The translations under genes were made by a program, and so were the position numbers. A stretch of 64,000 nt of DNA from a bacterium (GTDB taxonomy: Bacteria; Verrucomicrobiota; Verrucomicrobiia; Limisphaerales; UBA8199), in contig JAJYHY010000001.1 in the NCBI GenBank assembly GCA_021784555.1, forward strand, positions 14,167 to 78,166. The letters run 5' to 3'. The notes below the pieces were generated by a model that ran no database searches, was not told the origin of the DNA, and saw only the letters and a list, made by a program, of their open reading frames with translations. Below are positions 35,307 to 43,694 of the stretch, one piece after another; within the stretch, counting starts at the first letter, position 1, and every line of letters begins with the position of its first letter.

Positions 35307-36422
35307 ATGAACCCGCTCAATGTGATTCCAACCATCGATCCCAATCCGTTGCCCGCGCCCTATTGGGTTTTCAAAGTGCTCCTGGTGGTGACGTTCTTTC
35401 TCCACATCGTCGCCATGAACTTTCTGCTTGGCGGAGGCGTCCTGGCCCTCGTAGCCAGGTGGGGCTCCAGGAAACCCGACCTCGGCAACCGCATGTTCCT
35501 CGACCTCGCCAGGAAGTTGCCCGTTCTCGTGCCGGCCACCGTCACCCTGGGCATCGCGCCGCTGTTGTTCCTTCAAGTCCTCTACGGCCAATTCTTCTAT
35601 ACTTCCTCGATCGTGATGGCCTGGCCCTGGTTCCTGGTGCTGGTCATGCTCACTATCGCCTATTATGGCTTTTATTACGCTTCGTTCCGAAGCGGACGAC
35701 AAATCGGACGGGCTGGTGCGGTCATGGTCCTGAGCGTGCTCTTGATTCTCCTCATCGGCTTCCTGTTCAGCAACAATCTCACCCTGAGCCAATCCCCTTC
35801 GCGCTGGGCCGGAAAGTACTTCGCCGATACCGCGGGCTGGAACCTCAACCTGACGGAGCCCACGTTGATCCCCCGCTTTCTCCACTTTTTCCTCGCGGCG
35901 GTCGCGGTGGGCGGACTCTTCCTGGTGTTTCTCGCCCAAGCCAGGTGGACAGCGGACAATGCTTACGCCCGTCAACTCTTGCGCTTTGGTGGCAAGGCGT
36001 TCATGTACGCCACCATGGCGCAGGTTGTAGTCGGCATCATACTCCTGGCCAGTCTCCCTCGCGCCCTGCGGATGCTCTTTATGGGCGACAACACCGCAGC
36101 CTCCATCCTGTTCGTGATTGGTGTCCTGGGCGCCATCGGGGCCATCTTCCTCATGTCTGACGCCCTGCGCAAGGAGAACGTCCGGATGGCCGCTCTTTAT
36201 GTGCCGGCCGTTTTGGCCGTGGTGATCGCTTGTATGTCTATCATGCGAGACATCTTGCGCGACGCATACCTGAAGCCCTTTTTCCACCCCGCGCAATTCG
36301 CCATCCATACACAGTGGTCCGTGTTGCCACTGTTTTTGCTGCTTTTCCTCGGCGGGGTAATCCTTTGGTTCGTGATGCTCAAGCGGTACGGCCTGCTCAC
36401 CGGCAAGCGGGCGGCGACTTGA
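35307..36422 (+). CDS. Polytopic membrane protein, partner of the bd-like gene (weak CydA-like N-terminus)
   Basis: About 9-10 hydrophobic segments. FFLHIVAMNFLLGGGVLALVA echoes the upstream protein's first helix. ATG 35307 lies 5 nt after the upstream stop. Confidence 0.7.
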   Translation: MNPLNVIPTIDPNPLPAPYWVFKVLLVVTFFLHIVAMNFLLGGGVLALVARWGSRKPDLGNRMFLDLARKLPVLVPATVTLGIAPLLFLQVLYGQFFYTSSIVMAWPWFLVLVMLTIAYYGFYYASFRSGRQIGRAGAVMVLSVLLILLIGFLFSNNLTLSQSPSRWAGKYFADTAGWNLNLTEPTLIPRFLHFFLAAVAVGGLFLVFLAQARWTADNAYARQLLRFGGKAFMYATMAQVVVGIILLASLPRALRMLFMGDNTAASILFVIGVLGAIGAIFLMSDALRKENVRMAALYVPAVLAVVIACMSIMRDILRDAYLKPFFHPAQFAIHTQWSVLPLFLLLFLGGVILWFVMLKRYGLLTGKRAAT

Positions 36423-36455
36423 TGAGCGGGGGCTTTTCTGTCAGAATGACAATAT

Positions 36456-36689
36456 ATGACGATAGTTGAAATGTCCTCCACCGGGCGTTTGCTGGTCCCC
36501 AAGGAGATCCGGCAACGCCATCAATTCGAGGACGGAACCTCCTTTGCGGTGTTTGAAAGCAAGAGTGGGGCGATCACCTTCCGCCCGTTGAACCCAAAGC
36601 CAGGCCGCAGGTTCGTTGTGGCCCTTCGCGAGTGTATGGAAAGCGTGGAGATTCCCGAAATGCATTTCCGCAGCCCTCCTCGCCTCTAA
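36456..36689 (+). CDS. vapB: AbrB/SpoVT-type antitoxin
   Basis: STGRLLVPKEIRQRHQFEDGTSFAVFESKSGAITFRP is a looped-hinge-helix pattern. The stop TAA shares its last A with the vapC ATG. Confidence 0.8.
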   Translation: MTIVEMSSTGRLLVPKEIRQRHQFEDGTSFAVFESKSGAITFRPLNPKPGRRFVVALRECMESVEIPEMHFRSPPRL

Positions 36690-37108
36690 TGTTCCTGCTC
36701 GACACAAATATCCTTTCGGAACTTGGCAAGCAGCAACCGGACGCCAAAGTAATCGCATGGTTGGATGAACATGGTGAAGAGTGCTTCCTCTCGACCATCA
36801 GTGTGAGTGAAATGCGTTATGGGATCGAACGGCTTCCAGACGGTAAAAAGCGGCTTGAGCGCGAGCGCAAATACAAATTCTTACTGGAAGATTTCGAGGG
36901 GAAATTTTTCGACTTTGACGGCCCTTCCGCCAGCGAGTGGGGCCGTTACGCGGCGGAACTCGAAGAGCAGTTCGGTCGGGACTGGTGGAAACACTTCGAC
37001 TTGCGCGACACACAGATCGCGGCTATCGCGCGCGAATACGGCCTGGCTGTGGCGACCCGCAATGAAACGCACTTCCCAAACTGCGCCACGGAAAACCCCT
37101 TCGCCTAA
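36689..37108 (+). CDS. vapC: PIN-domain toxin VapC (intact)
   Basis: MFLLDTNILSEL...STISVSEMRYGI...DTQIAAIAREYGLAVATRN carries the acidic PIN residues in canonical positions. Confidence 0.85.
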   Translation: MFLLDTNILSELGKQQPDAKVIAWLDEHGEECFLSTISVSEMRYGIERLPDGKKRLERERKYKFLLEDFEGKFFDFDGPSASEWGRYAAELEEQFGRDWWKHFDLRDTQIAAIAREYGLAVATRNETHFPNCATENPFA

Positions 37109-37152
37109 TTCACATTCCTTCGACCCTCGTGCCATTGTGCGATCTGCTGGCC

Positions 37153-37980
37153 TCAAAATCCCCTGAGATCGGTGCTGGAGCGGCGAGGTAATCCGGGGGC
37201 GGGAGTGCGTTTGAGAACCAGGTACTCGATGCCGCGCTGGGCACAGTACTCCCGTTTGCCGCCCCTATCCCCATCTTCATTGACGGCATAGACATCCGGC
37301 TTAATGCGCTGGATTTCCGGGTCGGCATCCAGCCAGCCCTCCCCGGTGGAGATCAGGGCTTGGGTCACAAATCGGATGGAGCCGATAAGGTAACGCCGTT
37401 CCTCTTGCGGCAGGAGCGGATGGCCAGGCCCCTTGAGCAGCCGGATGTTGGCATCATGGCCAACAATGGCGTAGAGGTCGCCATACGTGCTCACCTCCTC
37501 GAAGAAGCGGACGTGGCCCGAATGCAGCCAGTCATAGCATCCAGTCACGACGACTTTTCTTCGCCCTGAGGTTCCAGGCGATAGTGGCATCTCCGGGAAG
37601 CCTGCCAGCCTCTCCGGATGGAGGACGGCGTACTCGATGCCCTGCTCGCGGCACCACGCCAGGCGCGCTGCATTGGAGACGCGAACGGTATCCACCCACA
37701 CTTTAGGATGCACGCCTGAGATGGCAGGCAGCCGATCTGCGGGCGCCCAATCACCTGCCGGAACGACGCGGTGGACGTACCGGACCGCTCGCAAGAAATA
37801 GAGCCTCTCTTCAAACGAGAACAAAGGGAGCTTCGCGGTGGCCCTTTCCAGCGGGTCTTCTTGCCACAAGAGGACGGTCACCGCGCCGAGTTTGGCCGCC
37901 TCCTGAAGCAGTCGGATGTGGCGCGAGCGGATGTCCTCGAATGCGCCGGCCACGATCACCTCTGGCTGCGAGGCGGTCAT
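37153..37980 (-). CDS. Tandem cytidylyl/adenylyltransferase-like protein (N-domain degenerate, C-domain canonical)
   Basis: The C-domain VVVTGCYDWLHSGHVRFFEE has the G.[FY]D..H.GH motif. The N-domain VAGAFEDIRSRHIRLLQE is a degenerate version. ATG 37980 overlaps the upstream stop (ATGA at 37977-37980). Confidence 0.8.
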   Translation of the reverse strand: MTASQPEVIVAGAFEDIRSRHIRLLQEAAKLGAVTVLLWQEDPLERATAKLPLFSFEERLYFLRAVRYVHRVVPAGDWAPADRLPAISGVHPKVWVDTVRVSNAARLAWCREQGIEYAVLHPERLAGFPEMPLSPGTSGRRKVVVTGCYDWLHSGHVRFFEEVSTYGDLYAIVGHDANIRLLKGPGHPLLPQEERRYLIGSIRFVTQALISTGEGWLDADPEIQRIKPDVYAVNEDGDRGGKREYCAQRGIEYLVLKRTPAPGLPRRSSTDLRGF

Positions 37981-38963
37981 TTTCCCGGCAGACGAATAGT
38001 CACATGGAACGAGCCGGGGACCGGCTCGTTTGACACCACGAACAAATAGCCGCCGCCGCACCCTGAATACATCGCGCCTGGATAGCGGCGCTGGTAAGCG
38101 CGCAGAATGGCTTTGAGGTCGAGCTTGATCAACGGATGCCGTACGGTGTGAGGGAGGATCTTCTCCCAGCAGACCATGCATTCGTTCATGGAGGCGCCCA
38201 GGGCCTCGAGGTCCATCCCCCGGATGGCGTCGAAGCAGGACCGTCCACTCCGGCCCAGGCGCCCAATCCAGCGCGGCTCCAGGCATTTTTGGCCCAGGGG
38301 ACTGTACCCTTCCGGACGCGGCTCTATCGGCAGGACGTGCAGAACGCGCTCCAGCCATCGGGCGGCGCGGCGGTCCCGCAGGGTCTCGATATGACCAGGG
38401 AACAGGCCGCCATCGGCCGCAAAATCATAATCCAAACGATTGATGCCCGGATAGACCAGCCCGATCATGTCCTGCGAACCGCTCGGCTCGGATTTGCCCC
38501 GGTTCTCGGCCTGGTAGAGGTCGCGGACGAGCTCGGCGGCAGGCCTATCAGGAAGGCGCCCGTTCCACAGCTTGGCGGCGATGGCCCGGGTGCCGCTGGC
38601 AAACCCCGACCGGTCCATCACGCGAAAGGTCGGCTCAAGGGCGGCGACAACCATCGAACCGGGCGGCTCAGGATTAAGGCGCGAGACAAAGGGCTGGTCG
38701 ATCCAACCGCCGGCCAGCGCAAGGCGGTTGGGGATCTGGCCAATCACACCCGCCAAGGGAGCTTTGTCAAGCATCTTCACCAAAGCTTCATTAGCCTCGA
38801 TGTAGTTCGCTCCGACTGAGCCGGAGGAGTTGACCAACCGCCTGGCGTCTTCGATGCTCGCCAGGGTCCGAGGTAACCTTCGGATCCAGGCACGCACGTC
38901 TTTCGCGAACTGATACGTTCGTTCCTCAAGGTCATACCGCCTTGGTGACTGGTCGTTTTGCAT
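37977..38963 (-). CDS. GHMP-type sugar kinase (HddA/fucokinase-like) with an in-frame 5' four-helix-bundle gene fragment
   Basis: Kinase-like motifs NRLALAGGWIDQP, SGSQDMIG and YSGCGGGYLFVV. The first 61 codons (DLEERTYQFAKDV...LVNSSGSVGANYIEANEAL) match the N-half of four-helix-bundle (23S rRNA IVS) proteins. An internal Met at 38774 may be the true kinase start. Confidence 0.7.
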   Translation of the reverse strand: MQNDQSPRRYDLEERTYQFAKDVRAWIRRLPRTLASIEDARRLVNSSGSVGANYIEANEALVKMLDKAPLAGVIGQIPNRLALAGGWIDQPFVSRLNPEPPGSMVVAALEPTFRVMDRSGFASGTRAIAAKLWNGRLPDRPAAELVRDLYQAENRGKSEPSGSQDMIGLVYPGINRLDYDFAADGGLFPGHIETLRDRRAARWLERVLHVLPIEPRPEGYSPLGQKCLEPRWIGRLGRSGRSCFDAIRGMDLEALGASMNECMVCWEKILPHTVRHPLIKLDLKAILRAYQRRYPGAMYSGCGGGYLFVVSNEPVPGSFHVTIRLPGK

Positions 38964-39062
38964 TTGTGGCGGATTCTGGATCTAGCGCCGATGCCCCTGT
39001 CATCCCCTCTCGTCTCGCCATGCCCGCCGTACGCGCGTGTTTTGAACATTTCCCTCTGAGGC

Positions 39063-39090
39063 ATTTGAATTTGTTTCGGATTTCGGATTT
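39063..39090. repeat. 7-nt-periodic array (CGGATTT)n
   Basis: atttgaa tttgttt cggattt cggattt. Confidence 0.7.
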
Positions 39091-39122
39091 GCTCGCATTA
39101 ATATCGCTTGACTCAGGCGAGA

Positions 39123-40166
39123 TCATTCAATCACGCGCCTGCCTTCCTTCCGAGCGCGATATTGTTCCTCGATCCACTTGTAGGTGGCGCGCAGGCCGAC
39201 ATCTAAAGGAGTGTGCGGTTCCCATTTGAGGACCTTCTTGATGAAAGTATTGTCGCTATTGCGCCCGGCCACGCCGCGGGGCGCGTTGAGGTCATATTCT
39301 CGCTTGAGCTTGACCCGGGCGATCTTTTCGACCTTCTCCACTAGCTCGTTGATCGTCACCAACTCGCTTGAGCCGAGATTGATTGGGGTGGCAATCAAAT
39401 CGTCACAGTGTGCAATGCGGTCGATGCCCTTCACGCAATCATCGATATACATGAAGCTGCGGGTCTGGGTGCCGTCGCCCCAAATCCTGATCTTGTCGCT
39501 GCCGCTGTCGAGGGCTTCAATCACCTTGCGGCAGATGGCCGCGGGGGCCTTTTCCCTTCCGCCGTCCCAGGTGCCGTTTGGGCCATAGACGTTATGGAAC
39601 CGGGCGATAAAGGCCTTGAGGCCGCGTTCCGCCCAATATTCCTGGCAGAACATTTCGCTCACCAGCTTCTCCCAACCGTAGCCGCGCTCGGCCATAGCGG
39701 GATAGGCATCGGACTCTTTCAGCGCGCGGACCTTGGGGTCCTGCTGGAGGAGCGTGTTGTAGGCACAGGCCGAGGAAGAGTAGAAATAACGCCGAGCGCC
39801 GGCGCGCCAGGCCGCCTCGACCATGTGCGTGTTGATGAGGATACTGCGCAGGCACTCCACCCGAAAGCGCTCGATGAATCCCATGCCTCCCATATCCGCC
39901 GCCAGATTATAGACCTCAACGGCGCCCTCGCAGACCCGCTTGCAGGCCTCTTCCTGGCTGCAGTCCAGGCTGAGACATTCCACGCCCGGCACGCGCAGAT
40001 ACCACTCATAGACCGGTTTCTTATCCACCCCGCGAATGCGCGTAAAGCCCTTGTTCTTAAAATAGAGGGCCAAATTGCCGGCGATAAAGCCACCGGCGCC
40101 GGTGATGACGATCAAATCGTCCTTTCGCAAGGGTGCGTCCTTCTCAACAACTCTGTTCTCTTTCAT
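39123..40166 (-). CDS. NAD-dependent sugar-nucleotide epimerase, GDP-mannose 3,5-epimerase-like
   Basis: ITGAGGFIAGNL Rossmann motif. LAADMGGMGFIE...RYFYSSSACAY closely follows the GME signature (LAADMGGMGFI...FFYaSSACiY). Confidence 0.85.
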   Translation of the reverse strand: MKENRVVEKDAPLRKDDLIVITGAGGFIAGNLALYFKNKGFTRIRGVDKKPVYEWYLRVPGVECLSLDCSQEEACKRVCEGAVEVYNLAADMGGMGFIERFRVECLRSILINTHMVEAAWRAGARRYFYSSSACAYNTLLQQDPKVRALKESDAYPAMAERGYGWEKLVSEMFCQEYWAERGLKAFIARFHNVYGPNGTWDGGREKAPAAICRKVIEALDSGSDKIRIWGDGTQTRSFMYIDDCVKGIDRIAHCDDLIATPINLGSSELVTINELVEKVEKIARVKLKREYDLNAPRGVAGRNSDNTFIKKVLKWEPHTPLDVGLRATYKWIEEQYRARKEGRRVIE

Positions 40167-40191
40167 GGGTTCTCAGTCCTCTCTGGCGATG

Positions 40192-40220
40192 AAAAAAGGC
40201 GGAAGCCCTCCTCCGCCTTT
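40192..40220 (-). terminator. Rho-independent terminator after the HU gene
   Basis: The minus strand reads AAAGGCGGA-ggagggct-TCCGCCTTT followed by TTT (six consecutive T). It lies 31 nt downstream of stop 40251. Confidence 0.8.
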
Positions 40221-40250
40221 CGAAACGCCGATAAGATAATGACGGAACAA

Positions 40251-40544
40251 CTACTTGGCCTTTGCGCCGAGGATGGCGTCTTTGGCGGCCTTGGCGACAC
40301 GGAACTTAACAACGCGCTTGGCGGGTATCTTGATTTCCTGGCCGGTGGCGGGGTTGCGCCCCATCCGGGCCTTGCGGTTCACCAGGACTAACTTGCCCAG
40401 TCCCGGGACCGTGAACGAGCTTTTGGCGTGTTTGTAGGCCAGGGCGACGAGCGTCTCCATAGCCTCAACCGCTTGTTTTTTGGTGATGCCGACAGTATCC
40501 GCAATGGATGCGGCAATTTGTGATTTGGTCAGTGGTTTTGCCAT
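40251..40544 (-). CDS. hup: HU-family DNA-binding protein
   Basis: MAKPLTKSQIAASIADTVGITKKQAVEAMETL...RKARMGRNPATGQEIKIPAKRVVKFR, 97 aa. Start at ATG 40544; the rest of the track ORF is 5' read-through. Confidence 0.93.
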   Translation of the reverse strand: MAKPLTKSQIAASIADTVGITKKQAVEAMETLVALAYKHAKSSFTVPGLGKLVLVNRKARMGRNPATGQEIKIPAKRVVKFRVAKAAKDAILGAKAK

Positions 40545-40806
40545 AGGGGCACAATCACTAATGTGAACCGGCCCGCAATACAAGCAAAAAATCGCGAAAA
40601 ACCCTGCAATGGGCGCAAAAAGCCGTGTAATTTCAGCCACGCGAAGATTTTTGTCTTGCGCCCCACACCCGCGAACGTCCGAAAAAAAGAGTGGACAATT
40701 GTCTGAACACCTGCCAGACTCCTCAGAAATCAATCGGCCAATGAATCAGAGCGTGGCCCGATTTGGCCTTGTCCTTACGACCACCTGAAGCATTGGCAAG
40801 CATGCT

Positions 40807-41664
40807 ATGAAGACCTATTCCGTCAATATCCGCCGGGGTGGTTTTACCCTCATCGAGCTCTTAGTGGTTATTGCCATCATCGCCATCCTGGCCGCCATGT
40901 TGCTGCCAGCCTTGACGCGCGCCAAGTTGAAGGCCCAGGCCGTTCAATGCATGAGCAACGGCAGACAGATGATGCTGGCGTGGCGGCTTTACGCCGACGA
41001 CAACACCGACAACTTGCCGACGGCCTGGGGCTACGCCGCGAGCGACTGGATCCCCTTCGACTTGGAAATGAGCTGGAGCGGCAATCCGGTCACTGACGGC
41101 GCCAACCCGTACAACTGGAATGTCGATTTGGTGGTAAAGAAGAGCCGGCTCTGGCCCTATTGCGGCAACAGCGTGGGGATCTGGCGATGCCCGGCCGACA
41201 ACAAGTACCCCTGCGTGGCCCCCTCCGGGCCCTACAAAGGCCAATCACTTCCCCGGCAGCGGAGTTATTCGATGCTCAGTTGGTTCGGCAGCATCGACGC
41301 CGATGCCTTCACCGGGTGCAGCGGTTACACGAAATATAAGAAGATGAGCAACATCCTGAAGCCGGGGCCGGCAATGACCATCGTCTTCCTGGACGAGAGA
41401 TGCGACAGCATCAACGATGGGGAATGGTGTACGTCCATGAACGGCTGGCCCAACCAGCCCCAGGCGTGGCACCTCATCGACTTCCCGGGCAGTTACCATG
41501 ATGGCGCCGGCGGCGTTTCCTTCGCCGACGGCCATTCCGAGATTCACAAGTGGCGCGACCCCCGGACGACGCCGCCGATCGGCCGGCTCACTTCCCTGAA
41601 CGTCGCATCGCCCAACAACGTCGATGCCTTTTGGGTCATGGAACGATCCACGCGCAAGCCTTAG
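40807..41664 (+). CDS. Prepilin-type DUF1559 (H-X9-DG) protein, third paralog
   Basis: [25 protein letters not shown] and [13 protein letters not shown]. Confidence 0.9.
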   Translation: MKTYSVNIRRGGFTLIELLVVIAIIAILAAMLLPALTRAKLKAQAVQCMSNGRQMMLAWRLYADDNTDNLPTAWGYAASDWIPFDLEMSWSGNPVTDGANPYNWNVDLVVKKSRLWPYCGNSVGIWRCPADNKYPCVAPSGPYKGQSLPRQRSYSMLSWFGSIDADAFTGCSGYTKYKKMSNILKPGPAMTIVFLDERCDSINDGEWCTSMNGWPNQPQAWHLIDFPGSYHDGAGGVSFADGHSEIHKWRDPRTTPPIGRLTSLNVASPNNVDAFWVMERSTRKP

Positions 41665-42223
41665 CGTACGCGCTTCTCCCGTCCGGCGCCTTTTGCGCGC
41701 AGAACCACCTCCCGCAACCGGACCGGCCTGCCTGCCTCGCGCTGGCTTTCATCCGCAGCCTCCATGAACGCGTAGATCTCGATGGCGCGTTGACAGTGAA
41801 AAGAGATTCCACCCCATGAACGCCGTACCAGAAAAGGTCCGGATGATGAGGCTCCCGTTCACAGGGGCTGGAGGTCTCGGCAAATAGGACGGCATCGACG
41901 TGGCGGCATAGCTCCCCGATGGTCGGGTAGAACCTTACGCCCTATTTGTCTCGCAGGGTCTTGGAAAGCCCGTCAACTCGCGACCAACTGGCTTTAATAT
42001 CGGGGCTGCCGCCCCTGAATGCCGCGACGACCCTCCCGCCGGGCACATGGTTCCTGGCTTTGGGATTGTTGAGGATCTCGGTGAAAGCAACGGCATGAGA
42101 GGTGTCACAGCCGATGATGCCGATTCGTAGGTCGGCGCCATAGACAGCCGCGCCAAAGGCCAGGAGATTGATTGCAAGAGGCCAGAGTTTTATTTGTCGC
42201 TTGAATGGGTTCAGAAACGCCTT
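41661..42223 (-). pseudogene. Decayed Gfo/Idh/MocA-like oxidoreductase
   Basis: The minus frames read KRQIKLWPLAINLLAFGAAVYGADLRIGIIGCDTSHAVAFTEILNN...GGSPDIKASWSRV...* (stop 41942-41944). Next comes [39 protein letters not shown], then (frame shift) [28 protein letters not shown]...*. There is no ATG, an internal deletion and at least one frameshift. Confidence 0.6.
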
Positions 42224-42564
42224 TCAGGATAGGCGTCGCCGAAGAAGATAGCCATCGGCTTTGCCAAATAAGGATGTCCCGGGGCGCACGACAGAATTCT
42301 TCGTAGGATGCCATCCCGCGCCACGTGCCGAAGATTTCTGTCCTGCGCTCGATCTTCCGGTTTCCTCGTGACTCAAGTCAGGGGGTAGCACGCTTTGGTA
42401 TAGCATGTTGCGATTGCATAGGCGTTGGGTCTGGGGTATCGTCAAGCTACCGATTACCGTGCCGGCGCGCCAGCCTGAGCGGCGCTTGCTGAAATTGAGA
42501 GCGACGCGACTCAGGCAGAGCCGTGGCGGCGTCCGCATGATCGGTACCGCCAAAGAACAGCGCC

Positions 42565-43650
42565 ATGACGCAAAAAACACGACAGGACCGCGGTGAGTTG
42601 GACCTGGTAGCAGCTTTGCACCAGCAGCATCCGTGCGGCGCGGTCCTGATTAATAGCGAGCTTAGGATTGTGCGGGTGACGAGTGGTGCGGTGCGCATGC
42701 TCGGCCTGGGCGCGGGTCAGACGGAGGATTTGCCCCTGGAGGCACTACCGGGGTCTATCCAGGCACTCGTCCGCGAGACTTTTGCTTCGCGCAGAGCGGT
42801 TGAGGGTCTCGGGCTGGACCTCCGGCGTCCATCTGAAGCATCCATCCACCTCGGTATCGACGTGACACCGCTGCTGCAGGAGGGGAAGGCCTGCGCGGTC
42901 GTGCTGGTGCTCAACGATCTGACCGCCGCCGCTCGTTACGACCAGCGCGTCCACCTCCTGGAGCACCTGGCCAGTTTCGGGACGATGACCGCCACCATGG
43001 CGCACGAGGTCAAGAACGCGCTCATGGTGGTCAAGTCCTTCCTGGACCTGGTGCTGGAAAACAAGACGGACGCTGAATTGGCAAAAGTCGCCCGCCGCGA
43101 AGTGGCGCGCATAGACGGAATCGTGGGCCATACGCTGCGAATTGCCAACCCAAGCAGGCCGGCGCTTTCCAAGATACGTTTGCACGATGTCCTCGACCAG
43201 GCCCTGCTCCTGGTCCAGCCGCGCGCGGCCGCCGCGAGCATCCTTCTCAACCGCTCTTTCCAGGCCGCGCCGGATCTCATCGCCGGGGATGACGCCCTGC
43301 TTCAGCAGGCCTTTCTGAACCTGTTCTTCAACGCGTTCGAGGCGCTGAACCCCCAGGGCAGCCTAACGGTTCGAACCTGGACGGAGCCCTTGCGGAGCGA
43401 ACCTGGCGCGCTCCGGGATGCCGAGTGGCGGCCGCGCCTTCATATCTCCGTTGAGGATAACGGCTGCGGCATCCCGCCCCAGGCGCAGGCGCGGCTCTTC
43501 GAGCCATTCTTCACTACCAAGCCGAACGGAACCGGCCTGGGTCTGGCTATTACGCGCCGAATCATCCAGCAACACCAAGGGGAAATCTCGGTGGAGAGCG
43601 TGCCAGGGCAAGGAACCCGCTTTCAGATCATCCTTCCCGCTCTGAGGTGA
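42565..43650 (+). CDS. PAS-like sensor histidine kinase (NtrB-type core)
   Basis: H-box TATMAHEVKNALMVVKSFLDL, N box LNLFFNAFEAL, G boxes DNGCGIP and GTGLGLAITRR. Confidence 0.88.
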   Translation: MTQKTRQDRGELDLVAALHQQHPCGAVLINSELRIVRVTSGAVRMLGLGAGQTEDLPLEALPGSIQALVRETFASRRAVEGLGLDLRRPSEASIHLGIDVTPLLQEGKACAVVLVLNDLTAAARYDQRVHLLEHLASFGTMTATMAHEVKNALMVVKSFLDLVLENKTDAELAKVARREVARIDGIVGHTLRIANPSRPALSKIRLHDVLDQALLLVQPRAAAASILLNRSFQAAPDLIAGDDALLQQAFLNLFFNAFEALNPQGSLTVRTWTEPLRSEPGALRDAEWRPRLHISVEDNGCGIPPQAQARLFEPFFTTKPNGTGLGLAITRRIIQQHQGEISVESVPGQGTRFQIILPALR

Positions 43651-43694
43651 GGCCCTGGGGTCCCAGGCATTCAGTTACTCCAGCCTCGGATTTG

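Noticed and set aside
40788-40806. TTGGCAAGCATGCT just upstream of the third DUF1559 gene, considered as a second sigma-54 promoter.
   Set aside because: The spacing between GG and GC is 3 nt too short.
43360-43380. The ggttcgaacc string, resembling a tRNA T-arm.
   Set aside because: It lies inside the histidine kinase coding frame, and no acceptor or anticodon arms can be drawn around it. No tRNA was found anywhere in the window by eye.
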